A DNA stretch of 64,000 nucleotides. Origin: an uncultured Verrucomicrobiae bacterium. Its GTDB lineage: Bacteria; Verrucomicrobiota; Verrucomicrobiia; Opitutales; JABDGR01. Below, one piece after another: positions 42,890 through 53,400 of the stretch. Within the stretch, counting starts at the first letter, position 1; every line of letters begins with the position of its first letter. Position numbers and translations under genes: made by a program. Below the pieces are notes generated by a model. It made no database searches and had not been told where the DNA came from. It saw only the letters and a list, made by a program, of their open reading frames with translations. Location of the stretch: contig CAVXVB010000009.1 of the NCBI GenBank assembly GCA_963765205.1, positions 576,001 through 640,000 on the forward strand, written 5' to 3'.

Positions 42890-43654
42890 TCAATCGCTTG
42901 CACCGTTTCGCGCTTTGGCATCCTGATTTTGTTGCTGCACATAGGGCCGGAACATTGCGAGGAAATAGTTTGAGGTGTAAACCTTCCCTGCTTCCAGGCC
43001 CGGAACATTGGCGTAGCGTTGGGCCACCGGGACAATAAGGTCTTCACCCCTATCATCGGCTTTGAGCCAAATCGCCTGGAAGTAAATCGGGACCGCGCTC
43101 AACAATCTCGCCTCATACGACCTATCGCGCACCTGATCCGACGACGCCAATTGGTGCAGGATTTGCGCGGCCGCATCCTCCCCCGTCGGTGCGCCAATGC
43201 TGACCAGGCGCGTCTGGCCGTCGTCGCCGACTGTCACCACCGCACCGCCGACGATTGTGTCGCCCGACACGAGATCGTAGGCAAATCCGCTTTTATGCGC
43301 CGTTTCCAATCCGCCCCCCTCGGCAATTTGGCCGGGATCGAGGTGGAAAATCTCGTAGGCCGGCTTAGCCACCACAATATCGGGATCAATCGTAACTCCC
43401 TGTCTGGCGCCTTCCCGCACGAACTGATCTGACATACCCGGAAAATGATACATGGCGGCCGTCACGATGGCAACGCCGTTGGGAGGTTCAGGCCCAATTC
43501 GAATTCCGGTGGGATGCTCGTTTGTCATCTCGTGGCGTGGCCAGGCCACTTCCACATCACTGGACGTCACCGATGACGTGTTTGGCGCAAGCTGCGCGCA
43601 GCCGCCGCCCGCACCAACAACCAACCCCAACAGGATAACAGGGCGTAATTTCAT
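42890..43654 (-). CDS. Hypothetical protein, possible lipoprotein
   Basis: MKLRPVILLGLVVGAGGGC signal; about 254 aa. Confidence 0.6.
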   Translation of the reverse strand: MKLRPVILLGLVVGAGGGCAQLAPNTSSVTSSDVEVAWPRHEMTNEHPTGIRIGPEPPNGVAIVTAAMYHFPGMSDQFVREGARQGVTIDPDIVVAKPAYEIFHLDPGQIAEGGGLETAHKSGFAYDLVSGDTIVGGAVVTVGDDGQTRLVSIGAPTGEDAAAQILHQLASSDQVRDRSYEARLLSAVPIYFQAIWLKADDRGEDLIVPVAQRYANVPGLEAGKVYTSNYFLAMFRPYVQQQNQDAKARNGASD

Positions 43655-43715
43655 GGCGGAATCCAACTTGGATGCCGCCTAATAATGCTCAATAGGCCGG
43701 CGGACGCAACCAGCA

Positions 43716-46700
43716 TTACGCAATGGCCGGTTTGCGCGCAATTGTCAGCGCGACCGCCAGCAAAAAGCCGAGAACCACGAGACCAACCCAGCCCGCCCAC
43801 ACCACGGGTTTCGCCGCCGGGCCGGCGGTGAGCTTCAGCGAGAGTTCCGCGTTCGGGTTTACCAGCAGCGATTGCGTGAATTCATAGACAGTGCCGCGTC
43901 CCGGCAGCGTGGCGTGGATGGCGACGGGATGGGGGAGGGTGTCGGCTTGCTGCATCACGAGGCTGTGCGCCAGCGCGGCGAGCACGTCGTTTTCCTCAGC
44001 GGCGTTCGCGCCGAGGATTTTGCGCGCCTGCTGGTCGGTGAAACTGAGCAATTCCGCTTGGGTGAGCACCGGGTTCGCCGCCGCCTGCGCATTGGGCGCC
44101 GCGCCGCCGCCGCTCCCCCCGTTTTGGTTCACCACCAAATTGTTGGAGTTGTTGAACAAATTCACGTCGTTGGCCAGGCCGACCATCGCCTGGGTCTCGC
44201 GCAAATTCTGCCATTGCACGCGCGCGTCCTCGTTGAAGGCCGAATCCTTTTGCGAGATTTGATACGCGCTGTTAAACAGCGAGCGCGCCTCCATCTGCTG
44301 GCCCTGCTGCAAAAGTTTGTTGCCCTGCGTCAGGAAATTTTCCGCCTCGGCGTTTTGCTGGTTCAGCCGGACGTTTTCATTCGTCACATAGTCCTCGAAG
44401 TTGGCCGGATTTTTCGCGGCCACGCCGGCGCCGGGGCCGGTCTGCTGCCAGGCGCCCGCCGTCCAATGGGAAATCTTCCACGTCTCCGGCAGGTAGAGCT
44501 GCCAGGTGATGTTTTGCAGCGGCAGGTCGAAGCGCGGCCCGGCCAATTCGGCTTCCTGCCACGCGCCGCCCGCCGGAGTGGTTTGCTGGTAGAGGAATTC
44601 CACGGTGGCGGCCTGGCTGGGCAGCGGATTCGGTTCGAGCGGCAGCAGGATTTCATCCGCGCCCTGGCTGCCCACACTCGGCGAGACGCCTTTGTCGTTG
44701 ACGAACGCGAACCAGAATTTGCTGCCTTGCGGCAGAGTGACCGCCAGGTTGCGCTCGTCGCCCGGAAAGAGGCTGACTGTCGCCTCGGTGAGCAACTGCC
44801 CGTCGGGCGCGACTAGCGAGCGCAGTTGCACGGATTCCACGCGCGCCGGCAGCACCTTGGCGGCTTCGTGGCGCACGACCTCGACCGGCAGCGTGAAGGC
44901 CGCCTCGACCGTGCGGAACGTCAGGCTCGGCGCGCTCCCGTCATATTCGCGGCGCAAGGTCGTGGGGACGGATTCCCAGTCGGTCGCTTGAAGCGCAGAC
45001 GGCGTGGCGGTGACGCGGGTCTCGAGCCGGCCGCGCGAGCGTAAGTCAATATAGCCGCGCTGCAAGTCCACGCCGAGCGCTTGCAAGCCGGCGATGGCGA
45101 GCTGGTTGTCCGCGCCCGCGGGCGGCAATTCGTAAGTGGCGGCGAGCGTGAGCGCGCCAATCGAGCGGCGTTGCAGGCGCACGAGCCACTGGCCGGGCTG
45201 GCCGTCCACCGGCACGGCATCGCTGACCTGCGCGCCCGTAATATGGACGCCCATCGCGTCGGAGGGCACTTGCAGGCGCAGCTCGCGCACGCCCGCGTTG
45301 TCAATTTGGTAGGCCAGATTCGCGCGCACTTCCGTCGAGCCTTCGCGCACGGTCACGTCCTGCAACACGTCGGCCTGGATGTGCGGCGCGACTTTTTCAA
45401 TGTCGAGGGCCAGCGTCCAGTCGCTTTGCAGCAGGCGAAAGACGAGCGCACCCGGCGTGTCAATCTGCAAGTCTTTCGGGTCCACTTGCGTCAGATTATC
45501 GCGGGTGCGAATTTGCGGGCGCAAGCCCAGTTCGGGCAAGAGCACGAGCTGGCCGGTGTGTTTGTCCGCTTCCGTGATATTCAAGCGCGGCGCAATCCAG
45601 TTTTGCTGCGCGGTCAAACCCGGCGCGCTCAACTGAATGTCGAACGACAGGTTGCCGAGGGTTTTGCCCTTGAGATTCAGCGTGACAATGTGATCCGCGC
45701 CGGTGCCGGTTTCCAGCGATTGGCTCAATTGGTTGCCACTGACGGTTTCGAGTTCGAAGCCGGCCGGCACCGGAAAGCTCAACTTGAAAATGCCCGCGCG
45801 GCTCACCGTGACGTTGAGGTGCGCCGCGAGCAGCACGCGGTCTTCGCCGAGCGAAAGACGCTGGAGGGAATCCACGCGCACGTCGGGCACCACGGCCAGC
45901 GCCTCCGCCTGCAACGACGGGTCGGCCGAGCCATAAGAATAGGCGTGGCGCACCGTGTCCGTGTCTCCGCTTGGTGCGGCGGCGCGGGCAATCGCAGCGG
46001 GAAAATCATCCAGGTTCACCGTGGCGAGATTGACGGGCGTGACGATACCCAGCTCGACTTCCGTGCCGGTGGCCAGCGCCAGCAAGCCGGTGTCCGTGGT
46101 CGCGCCGTCCAGCCGGATCGGCGTGAGCGATGCAGTGTAGGGCAGCGGCTTGGTCGAAGACTGAGAATGGATGACGACCTCGAAGGCGCTCGTGCGCGGG
46201 GGATCGAAGTAGGCGTGCAGCTTGTGCTGGTCGGGGTCGAAACGCCAGGAGGCCAGGCTGGCGGCGTCCACCTGTGAGATGGTCAAATTCGCGGGCACGC
46301 TGAACACGAGTTCCTTGATTTGGCCCTGCGCCAGGCGGATGTTGAGGTCGTGGAGTCCATCCACAATTCCCGCGGCGGGTGCGTAAAGCTGCCGCCAGTC
46401 CGCGTAATACTCGGGCTTTTCCGCGCTCAAATCGCGCGCCCGGGGCGCCCAGCGCACAATCGGCGCGGCGTTCGGCGCAAAATTGGCGGTGACGCGCGGG
46501 TGCCCGTCCGCGCCGGGCACGGTGCGCAGCGCCACGGCGTTGTCGGAGCTGGCGTCGAGGTCGGCCCGCGGCAGATCGAGCGTCAGTTCATTCACCAAGC
46601 CGCCGGGCGTCGGCAGCACGACGGCGGAAGCGCCGCCCGCAAAGTCCGACGCGCGCACTTCGTAGGAGTAGGAAACCTTAAAGGTTCCGGCCTCATTGGA

Positions 46701-49700
46701 GGTCAAAATATAATTATCCGTGCCGTTCGCAGAGCCTTGCGCGAGCGTGAGGTGGTTCGTGTCGCCCGTGAAGTTAGTCAGCACCGCCGGCGCCCAGAGC
46801 AGGGTGAGCTGGTTTCCTTTTTCCGCCCGCCAGGAGAGCACGGCTTGGATGCGCGCAAAACCGTCCTGCACCGTGCCGGTCTGGTTGATGGAGATGACCA
46901 AGCCGGGCGCAGGCGGTGTTGGCGCAATCGGAACCGCCGTGGCGGCTCGGGTCGTTGGCGCGGCGCCCAGCAAGAAAAATAGCACCACTGTGGCGACGAC
47001 GCCGGCGGCGGCGGGCACGGGCGGTGGGGTGGGCGCAGCCGGTTTTCCGCGCAGGCTCAACAATGCGCGGCCGGTGGCCCACGCCAGGGCGAGGGCAAGC
47101 GCGGCGCAGAACCATTCCGGGCCCAGCGGCAGGCCCAGCAAGCCGACGAGCACCAGCAGCCAAGCGCCGGCCCGCCACAAAATTCCCCGCTCCCTAATCC
47201 AGCCCAGCAGTGCCAGAATGAGGCCAGGCGCAAGGAGCCACGCCATCGGCTCGGCCTGGTTTTCCGGCGCAGTTTTAGGCGCGGGTTTATTCGTAATGGA
47301 AAAGGACAAGGCATGGTCGGCCTCGGTCACCGGAATGGACAAATGCACCCCGTGCTCGACACCGGGTTGGTCGGTGTCATGCGCCGCTCTCACGCCGAGT
47401 TGCGCCAGCAGCAGCACCCCCGCCAGCGCGAGCACGGCCCCCAGGCCGCTCCCCACAAATTTGATCAGCCGATTCCGACCGCGCACCCAGCGCAGCAGGA
47501 GCAATCCCGCCACCGCCAGCGCCACTCCGCCGAGAAAAGCCTGCTGGTGCGTCAATTGTGGCGCCGGTGGATTCCGCCATTTCAAGAGATACGGAACTAT
47601 CGGCGGCTGCGGCGTTGCAGTATTGCCCGCAATGACTTGGGCCAGCCAGCCCAGCCCGCTCAGGCGCGTCGTTTCCGCCACTGGCGCGCCAGTGGCCGCG
47701 CTCAACTGGTGGTCGTCATCGCCCGATAAATTCCAGTCCGTCACCAGCACCGGGGCATGGAGCGTCGGCGCGACCACCGTGACATGGCTGGCGTCTTTCG
47801 CCCCGGCGGTGTATTCCAAAGCGACCAGGAGTGGGACGTTCGGGTCGCCTTTGCGCGGCAGCGGCACCAGCAGCGCCTCGCCCCCCGCGCTTTTGTCCGC
47901 CACCGGCACCACGGTTTCGCCCGCGACCGTGATGTTCCACAGCGTCGCGCCGGCGGGCATCGTGAGTTGGAGAAAATCGTGCCCCTTGCTCTTCAACAGG
48001 TAGCGCGCGGTGGTGCGCACTTCGCCGGTCGCGGAAACATGCGTGTCGAGCGCGCCGATGTCCACCACCTGGTCCACCGTGCTCCCGGCGGCCAGCGGCA
48101 GCAATTGCAGCGTCGCCTCGAAGGGCCGCGCGGCATACTGGTAGCAGGCCAGGATCGGCGCGTCGCACAACAGCCGATATTCGGCGGGGATTTCCGCCGC
48201 TTCCAGGCGCGCGAGGCCGTCCGAGATTTTCACAGGCGCAATATTGAACGGGTAGCTGCTGGCCAGCAGCAGGTGGCCCTGCTCGGTCTGCACGTCGAGC
48301 GGCTGCAGGCCGGTGAAGGGCAGCGTGTCGCCCGTGGCTTTGAACGGCAGTTCGTAGGTCGCCAGCAGCGTATAGGCACCCGACACCGCGTGGTCGAGGT
48401 GGACTTCGTAAATGTCGCCGACCTGCGTCACATTGCGCTTGTAGGGGCCGGTAAACTCGACGTTGCGGTAGCCGCCGGTGTTTTGCAGGCGCAGCACGTC
48501 CACCGGCGCGCCCGCGATATTGTAATTAATGACGGTGCTGCCGAGCGCCAATTCCTGCCCGATGGAAAAGATGTGCAGCGCGTCGGCCTGCACACTGGCG
48601 GCCAGGCGCTCGACGCGCATGGTGGCGCTCCACGGCTCCTCCCGGTAACGCAACGCCGCCTGCAAGTTCTCCAGTTTGATCGGAAACGCCGCCGTCGCGT
48701 CTTCGAGGCCGTCCAGCACGCCCGGCGTCAGGCGCAGGCTGGCGTCGCTGGTGATGCCGACGAAGCCGCGCGCGCTCTTGAAGCCGGGGTCGTTCTTGGC
48801 GTCAATATACAAAGGCGGCACCACCCAATCCGCCGCGGCCGGCGCGTTGGCGGCGGGCGTGGCGTTGCGTTCGAGGCGCAGGCGCACGACCTGGCGGCCG
48901 ATGATGGGCTGGGCGAACACCAGGCGCAATTGCGCGCGCCCCTCGCCGGTGGCAGTCACAAAATGATCGGCGATATTTTGGTTGTCCGCCTGTAATCCCG
49001 CCACGGCCCAGTCCGCCGGGACGAGCAGGCTCAGTTCGCGCAGCGGCGCTTCGCGGATGTCGAGGTTCAGTTCCGCCTCGACGTAGGTGTCCGTCTCGCC
49101 GAGGTGGTAGGCGATGATGCTGTCCACCGTGAACTCCGGCAGCACGTTGTCTGCATTCACCGAATAAGTGTAGCCGGAATCGGCGAAACGGTAGGCGAAG
49201 GCCTGCGTGGACGCTGGCGCATTGGCCGGGCGCGCGACCGGGAATTGCTCGGGCGCGATTTGCGACAGCCCGGTCGCGTTCGCCACGTCGAGCCGCACCG
49301 TGCCTTCGTTCTGCACGCGCAGCAGGCCGCCGTAGCTCGACGCGCCGACGGGTGCGAGGCGCGGGGGCTTCGCCGTGGCGGGTAGTGCGGCCAGCGGCGC
49401 TTCCAGTTGCACCACCAGCGGGTAGTCGCCCGTCTGCGGCGCGTTCAGGTCCACCGACAAACGGCGCAGGCCGGCCGTCGCGCCGGGGGCGACATTCCAT
49501 TTCAAAATCGTATTGGCCGGACCATCCACGTGGGTGACTTCGCCGTCGCCCGTGACATCCAGGTCAATATGTTCCAGTTTGCCTTGCAGCACATGGAAGA
49601 CGATCTGGTCCATCTGGCGCAGGATGCCCGGCGCCACGGTGTCCACCACCGCGCCCGTCGCGGAAAAGAAAAGTTTGCCGGCGGTTTCCGGCGGCGCTTC

Positions 49701-50234
49701 CTTCCAGCGCAGCACGACGTGCCCCGCGCCCGGCAAATTCGCCGTGATGCGGCCGTTCGCGCGCACCGCTTGCGAGGCGTCGGGCAACTCGACCTTGGCG
49801 TCGTCCGGCCAGCCTTCGAGGACGATTTGGCGGATGTTGGCCGCAACGGGCGTGAAGTCCACCGTCTTCCAGCCGTCGCCTTCTTGCACGTTGGCGCGGA
49901 AGGGCAGGTCCACCGCCAGACGGCTCCACGTCCCGGACTTGAGCACGATGTCCCCGCCCCGCACGTCGAGCCACGTCGCGAGCGCGTCCGGCACGCTCGT
50001 CGGGCTGACGGGGCCGGCGAGCAACACGCGATCCTCGCCCGTTTTGCCGGCGGGCGGCGTGGCGACCGCGTGCAGCGTGAAGCCCACCTCGCCATTCGTG
50101 TAATGGCCGGTTAATACGAAATCACTCAAAGTGATGTTGGCCGAAGGCGCGGGGCCGGCCGGCGCGCTGGCGCAACTGCACAAACCAAGCAGAGCGAGCG
50201 CGGTCAGGAATCGTTGGCGGAGGGGGGTGTTCAT
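43716..50234 (-). CDS. Giant 2,172-aa membrane protein with internal repeats
   Basis: Uninterrupted ORF; N-terminal signal (LALLGLCSC), central TM cluster, C-terminal TM, six recurring modules. Confidence 0.9.
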   Translation of the reverse strand: MNTPLRQRFLTALALLGLCSCASAPAGPAPSANITLSDFVLTGHYTNGEVGFTLHAVATPPAGKTGEDRVLLAGPVSPTSVPDALATWLDVRGGDIVLKSGTWSRLAVDLPFRANVQEGDGWKTVDFTPVAANIRQIVLEGWPDDAKVELPDASQAVRANGRITANLPGAGHVVLRWKEAPPETAGKLFFSATGAVVDTVAPGILRQMDQIVFHVLQGKLEHIDLDVTGDGEVTHVDGPANTILKWNVAPGATAGLRRLSVDLNAPQTGDYPLVVQLEAPLAALPATAKPPRLAPVGASSYGGLLRVQNEGTVRLDVANATGLSQIAPEQFPVARPANAPASTQAFAYRFADSGYTYSVNADNVLPEFTVDSIIAYHLGETDTYVEAELNLDIREAPLRELSLLVPADWAVAGLQADNQNIADHFVTATGEGRAQLRLVFAQPIIGRQVVRLRLERNATPAANAPAAADWVVPPLYIDAKNDPGFKSARGFVGITSDASLRLTPGVLDGLEDATAAFPIKLENLQAALRYREEPWSATMRVERLAASVQADALHIFSIGQELALGSTVINYNIAGAPVDVLRLQNTGGYRNVEFTGPYKRNVTQVGDIYEVHLDHAVSGAYTLLATYELPFKATGDTLPFTGLQPLDVQTEQGHLLLASSYPFNIAPVKISDGLARLEAAEIPAEYRLLCDAPILACYQYAARPFEATLQLLPLAAGSTVDQVVDIGALDTHVSATGEVRTTARYLLKSKGHDFLQLTMPAGATLWNITVAGETVVPVADKSAGGEALLVPLPRKGDPNVPLLVALEYTAGAKDASHVTVVAPTLHAPVLVTDWNLSGDDDHQLSAATGAPVAETTRLSGLGWLAQVIAGNTATPQPPIVPYLLKWRNPPAPQLTHQQAFLGGVALAVAGLLLLRWVRGRNRLIKFVGSGLGAVLALAGVLLLAQLGVRAAHDTDQPGVEHGVHLSIPVTEADHALSFSITNKPAPKTAPENQAEPMAWLLAPGLILALLGWIRERGILWRAGAWLLVLVGLLGLPLGPEWFCAALALALAWATGRALLSLRGKPAAPTPPPVPAAAGVVATVVLFFLLGAAPTTRAATAVPIAPTPPAPGLVISINQTGTVQDGFARIQAVLSWRAEKGNQLTLLWAPAVLTNFTGDTNHLTLAQGSANGTDNYILTSNEAGTFKVSYSYEVRASDFAGGASAVVLPTPGGLVNELTLDLPRADLDASSDNAVALRTVPGADGHPRVTANFAPNAAPIVRWAPRARDLSAEKPEYYADWRQLYAPAAGIVDGLHDLNIRLAQGQIKELVFSVPANLTISQVDAASLASWRFDPDQHKLHAYFDPPRTSAFEVVIHSQSSTKPLPYTASLTPIRLDGATTDTGLLALATGTEVELGIVTPVNLATVNLDDFPAAIARAAAPSGDTDTVRHAYSYGSADPSLQAEALAVVPDVRVDSLQRLSLGEDRVLLAAHLNVTVSRAGIFKLSFPVPAGFELETVSGNQLSQSLETGTGADHIVTLNLKGKTLGNLSFDIQLSAPGLTAQQNWIAPRLNITEADKHTGQLVLLPELGLRPQIRTRDNLTQVDPKDLQIDTPGALVFRLLQSDWTLALDIEKVAPHIQADVLQDVTVREGSTEVRANLAYQIDNAGVRELRLQVPSDAMGVHITGAQVSDAVPVDGQPGQWLVRLQRRSIGALTLAATYELPPAGADNQLAIAGLQALGVDLQRGYIDLRSRGRLETRVTATPSALQATDWESVPTTLRREYDGSAPSLTFRTVEAAFTLPVEVVRHEAAKVLPARVESVQLRSLVAPDGQLLTEATVSLFPGDERNLAVTLPQGSKFWFAFVNDKGVSPSVGSQGADEILLPLEPNPLPSQAATVEFLYQQTTPAGGAWQEAELAGPRFDLPLQNITWQLYLPETWKISHWTAGAWQQTGPGAGVAAKNPANFEDYVTNENVRLNQQNAEAENFLTQGNKLLQQGQQMEARSLFNSAYQISQKDSAFNEDARVQWQNLRETQAMVGLANDVNLFNNSNNLVVNQNGGSGGGAAPNAQAAANPVLTQAELLSFTDQQARKILGANAAEENDVLAALAHSLVMQQADTLPHPVAIHATLPGRGTVYEFTQSLLVNPNAELSLKLTAGPAAKPVVWAGWVGLVVLGFLLAVALTIARKPAIA

Positions 50235-50272
50235 AAATGGGGTGGGGATGGGTTGGGGTGAAATGTGGTAAC

Positions 50273-50352
50273 GGCGGGTCGAGGACGCCCCGTCCTACCT
50301 GGTGATGCGCCATTTGAGCGTTTTAGGTAGGGCGGGGCGTCCTCGACGCGCC
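50273..50352. repeat. REP-like inverted repeat
   Basis: ggcgggtcgaggacgccccgtcctacct facing aggtagggcggggcgtcctcgacgcgcc. Confidence 0.8.
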
Positions 50353-50418
50353 TTCTTTTGGATAAGGCGATTCTGAAGATACAAAAAATAAATTCATAAA
50401 TTTCATGTTCGATTTTTT

Positions 50419-53400
50419 TCAATTCCCACTCAGCGCCGACGCCGTCGTCAGCGCGTCCACCAGGCCCGCTGGGCGCGGATCGTTCGGAAACGCCTCGGGC
50501 ACGCCGCGCAGCAAATCAAGCAAACCGCGCGGCGAGGCGTCGCCGGCGAACGGGCTTTGCTGGAGGTATTCCGCAAAATACCCGGCCACCGCCGCCAGAC
50601 GCAGCGACGGCGTTGCCTGGTCGAACACCGGGGGCCGGCCGTTGTAGGGAATCTTCCAGGTCAGCTCGTGGAAATTGTTGGTGCCGGGGTCGCGGTAGCG
50701 CGCGCGCGCGGTGCCGATGGGGCCGGCCCCTTGCGGGTTGAGCACCAGGTTGTAGAGCGCCGTGCCCTGCTCGGCCGCCGCCAGCTCGCCCGCGCTCACG
50801 CTGTTGTCGCGGAACTGCGCCTGCGTCAGCCGCAAATTGTTATAACCCATCAGGCGGTAGGAGACCACGCGCTCCGGGTTGAACTCGATTTGCAGCTTCA
50901 CGTCCTGCGCGGCGGGTGTCAGCGCGCCGGCCAGCTTTTGCGCGAACGCCGCGTTCACGTCCGCCGGGCCGTTCAGGAAGGCGTAGCGCCCGTCGCTCTT
51001 GCGCGTGAGGGCTTCGAGCGTGCTGTCGTCGTAGCCATCCCAGCCCACACCGTAGGCGTCGAGCGCAATGCCCGCCGCGCGGTTTTCCTCGACGATGCCG
51101 GCGAGGGCCGCCGGGTCCAGTTCGCCGAGGTTGGCCGCGCCGTCGGTCAGCAGGATGACGCGGTTTTGCGCGTGCAGGTCAAAACTCTGGCGGGCGATGG
51201 CGTAGGCGGTCTTGAGCGCCTCCTCCATGTTCGTGCCGCCGTCGGGCACCAGTGTGTCCATAATGTTGACGATTTCGCCGAAGCGTTCGGCGGGCACGCT
51301 CACCGCGCGCACCTGCGGCGTGCGGGCGAAGGTGACGAGCGAGACCGTGTCGCCCGCGCGCAGCAGCCCGCCCAGCGCGCGGACGGCCGCGCGCAACGTC
51401 GCCACCCGGTCGGCCCGCGTCATCGAGCCGGAGCCGTCGAGGAGAATTGTCAGGCGCAGCGGCGTCGCCTGGTCGCGGCCCCCCGCTGCGGTCTGGTAGG
51501 ACACGCGCAGCAAGTCGCCGCCGGACTCAATCGGGTTTTGGCCCAAATCGTAATGGAAGGCGGCGGCCTCGCCGGTGCCCGGCGCGGGGTCGCGGTAAGA
51601 AAACGCGTTGAGGAATTCCTCCGTGCGCGTCGAAGACGGGTCGGGCCACCGGCGGTTCTGCAGCGCCGCCCACGCCAGTTGGTAGGAGGCGTCGCTGACA
51701 TTGAGCGCAAACGTCGAAAAGGCATTGTCGGCGGTGAAGATCGCCGGCGGAAATTTTACGACGTTCGGTGGGCGATTAATGGGCTGGTCGGTCGAAGCAT
51801 TAGCTTGCGTCACATTTCCGTTTTGAGCGAGCAGTTGCGAAGACGATTTCTCGGCGGCATTAACCGGTGGCGGCTGGGGAACTCCCGAAGCCGACAAAGG
51901 TATGCTTATGCTGTGGGTGCCTCCCACGACAGTTATGTTGGCGGTCGGCCCGATAAAGCTGTTGTTGCCCGTCAGCGTCAGTGTGCCGGAGCCTTGCTTG
52001 ATGATGCCGCCGACCCCTGCCAGCGCAGTGGACATGGTGACGTTGTTCCCGTTCGTGTCCAAGGTATTGAGGTCGCTCGTCGGGCTGCTGTTCAACGCCG
52101 GAAGAATCCCGGCAGTCCCAAATTGCACTTCGCCGCCCGAAATGGTCGTCCCCCCCGTGTAAGTATCATTGCCATTCAAAGCGAGCGTGCCGGCGCCAGC
52201 CTTGGTATAATTGCCCACGAAGGTGATCGCGCCGCCGATGGTCGGCGGGTTGGAGTTGACGTTGACTAGCCCGCCGATGTTGCCGGAGGCCGAAAGCCCC
52301 GCTGTAAATTGCTGATCACCGCCGGAGGAAGCGACTGTCCCGCCGGTCGTCTTGTTCAAGCCCACCGTTCCGCCGAGAATCGCGCTTGCGCTGTCACTCT
52401 CCATATCATTGGCGCTGCTGCTGGTCAGGATGCCCGTGGGCCCTCCGGCAATCGTGCCGCCAGTCAATTGTACTTCGCCAATCCTGTCATTAAAGGTGCC
52501 AGTGCTAAAGTTGCCGCCTGAGACGGTCGGGTTGGAGTTGGCCAAAACGCTTCCATTCGACCCCAATTGCAATGTCCCGGAACTGACGTTCAAAACCGGC
52601 ATGGCTGCGTTCCCGCCGCCGCTGAAATTGTCTGTCCCTGCAGTAACCGGCTCGTTCGGGCTTGCACTAGTATTATGGGACAAGGACAAGCTCCCTCCTT
52701 TTAAGTTAATTGCGCCGTTGAACGCACTCTGCGCGCCTTGGGTGAAGACCAAATTCGTCGTGTCCACGATGTTGCCGGCCAAGCCGTTCGTGCTCCCCGT
52801 CAGCGTCAGCGTGCCGCCGCTGACCGTCGTCGCGCCACCATAGGTATTCGACTCAGCCAGCGTCGCGTTCGCGTTGTCGCCCAGCGCCATATTTACATTT
52901 TGGGAGCGTGAATCAACGCCGCCATCAAATGCCACGGCTCCACCAACCTCGCCGCCGGGAGGCTGTCCTGCGATAACAGAAACGCCGCCACTGGGACTAC
53001 TTTGAACCACCGTACCCGACCGGTCTGTCTGGGCCGCCACCACCGCCAAAACCGCCACCACGCCCGCCGCGTCCTCCACCGATACCACCGCCACCCGCCC
53101 CACCGGCTGCCCCCGGCCCGCCCGCCAATGCGCCACCGCCACGGCGGACACCGCTGCCCGCCGCCCCGCCTCCTCCTCCGCGCCGGCCTCCGCCGGTGCC
53201 CCCCGCGCTCGCACTTGCACCCCCAGCAAAGCCTCCGCCAAGACCGCCGCCTTGGATAACCCGAGTAGGAGATGTCGAAAGCGGGGGTGGCGGAGGAGGG
53301 GGGGAGGCGGCGGTGGTAGCGGGGCAATGGGAGAGGATTGCGCCTCCAGCGCGGGTTCAGCCGCGGCTGGAGAAGACAATTCAAAACCCGCCGGCCCATT

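Noticed and set aside
42640..42890. Possible c-di-GMP riboswitch in the Hpt leader
   Set aside because: GCTACAGGG and GGCAACAGTGAAG fragments are suggestive, but the class I GAAA-loop/GCAAA core and class II pseudoknot are not found
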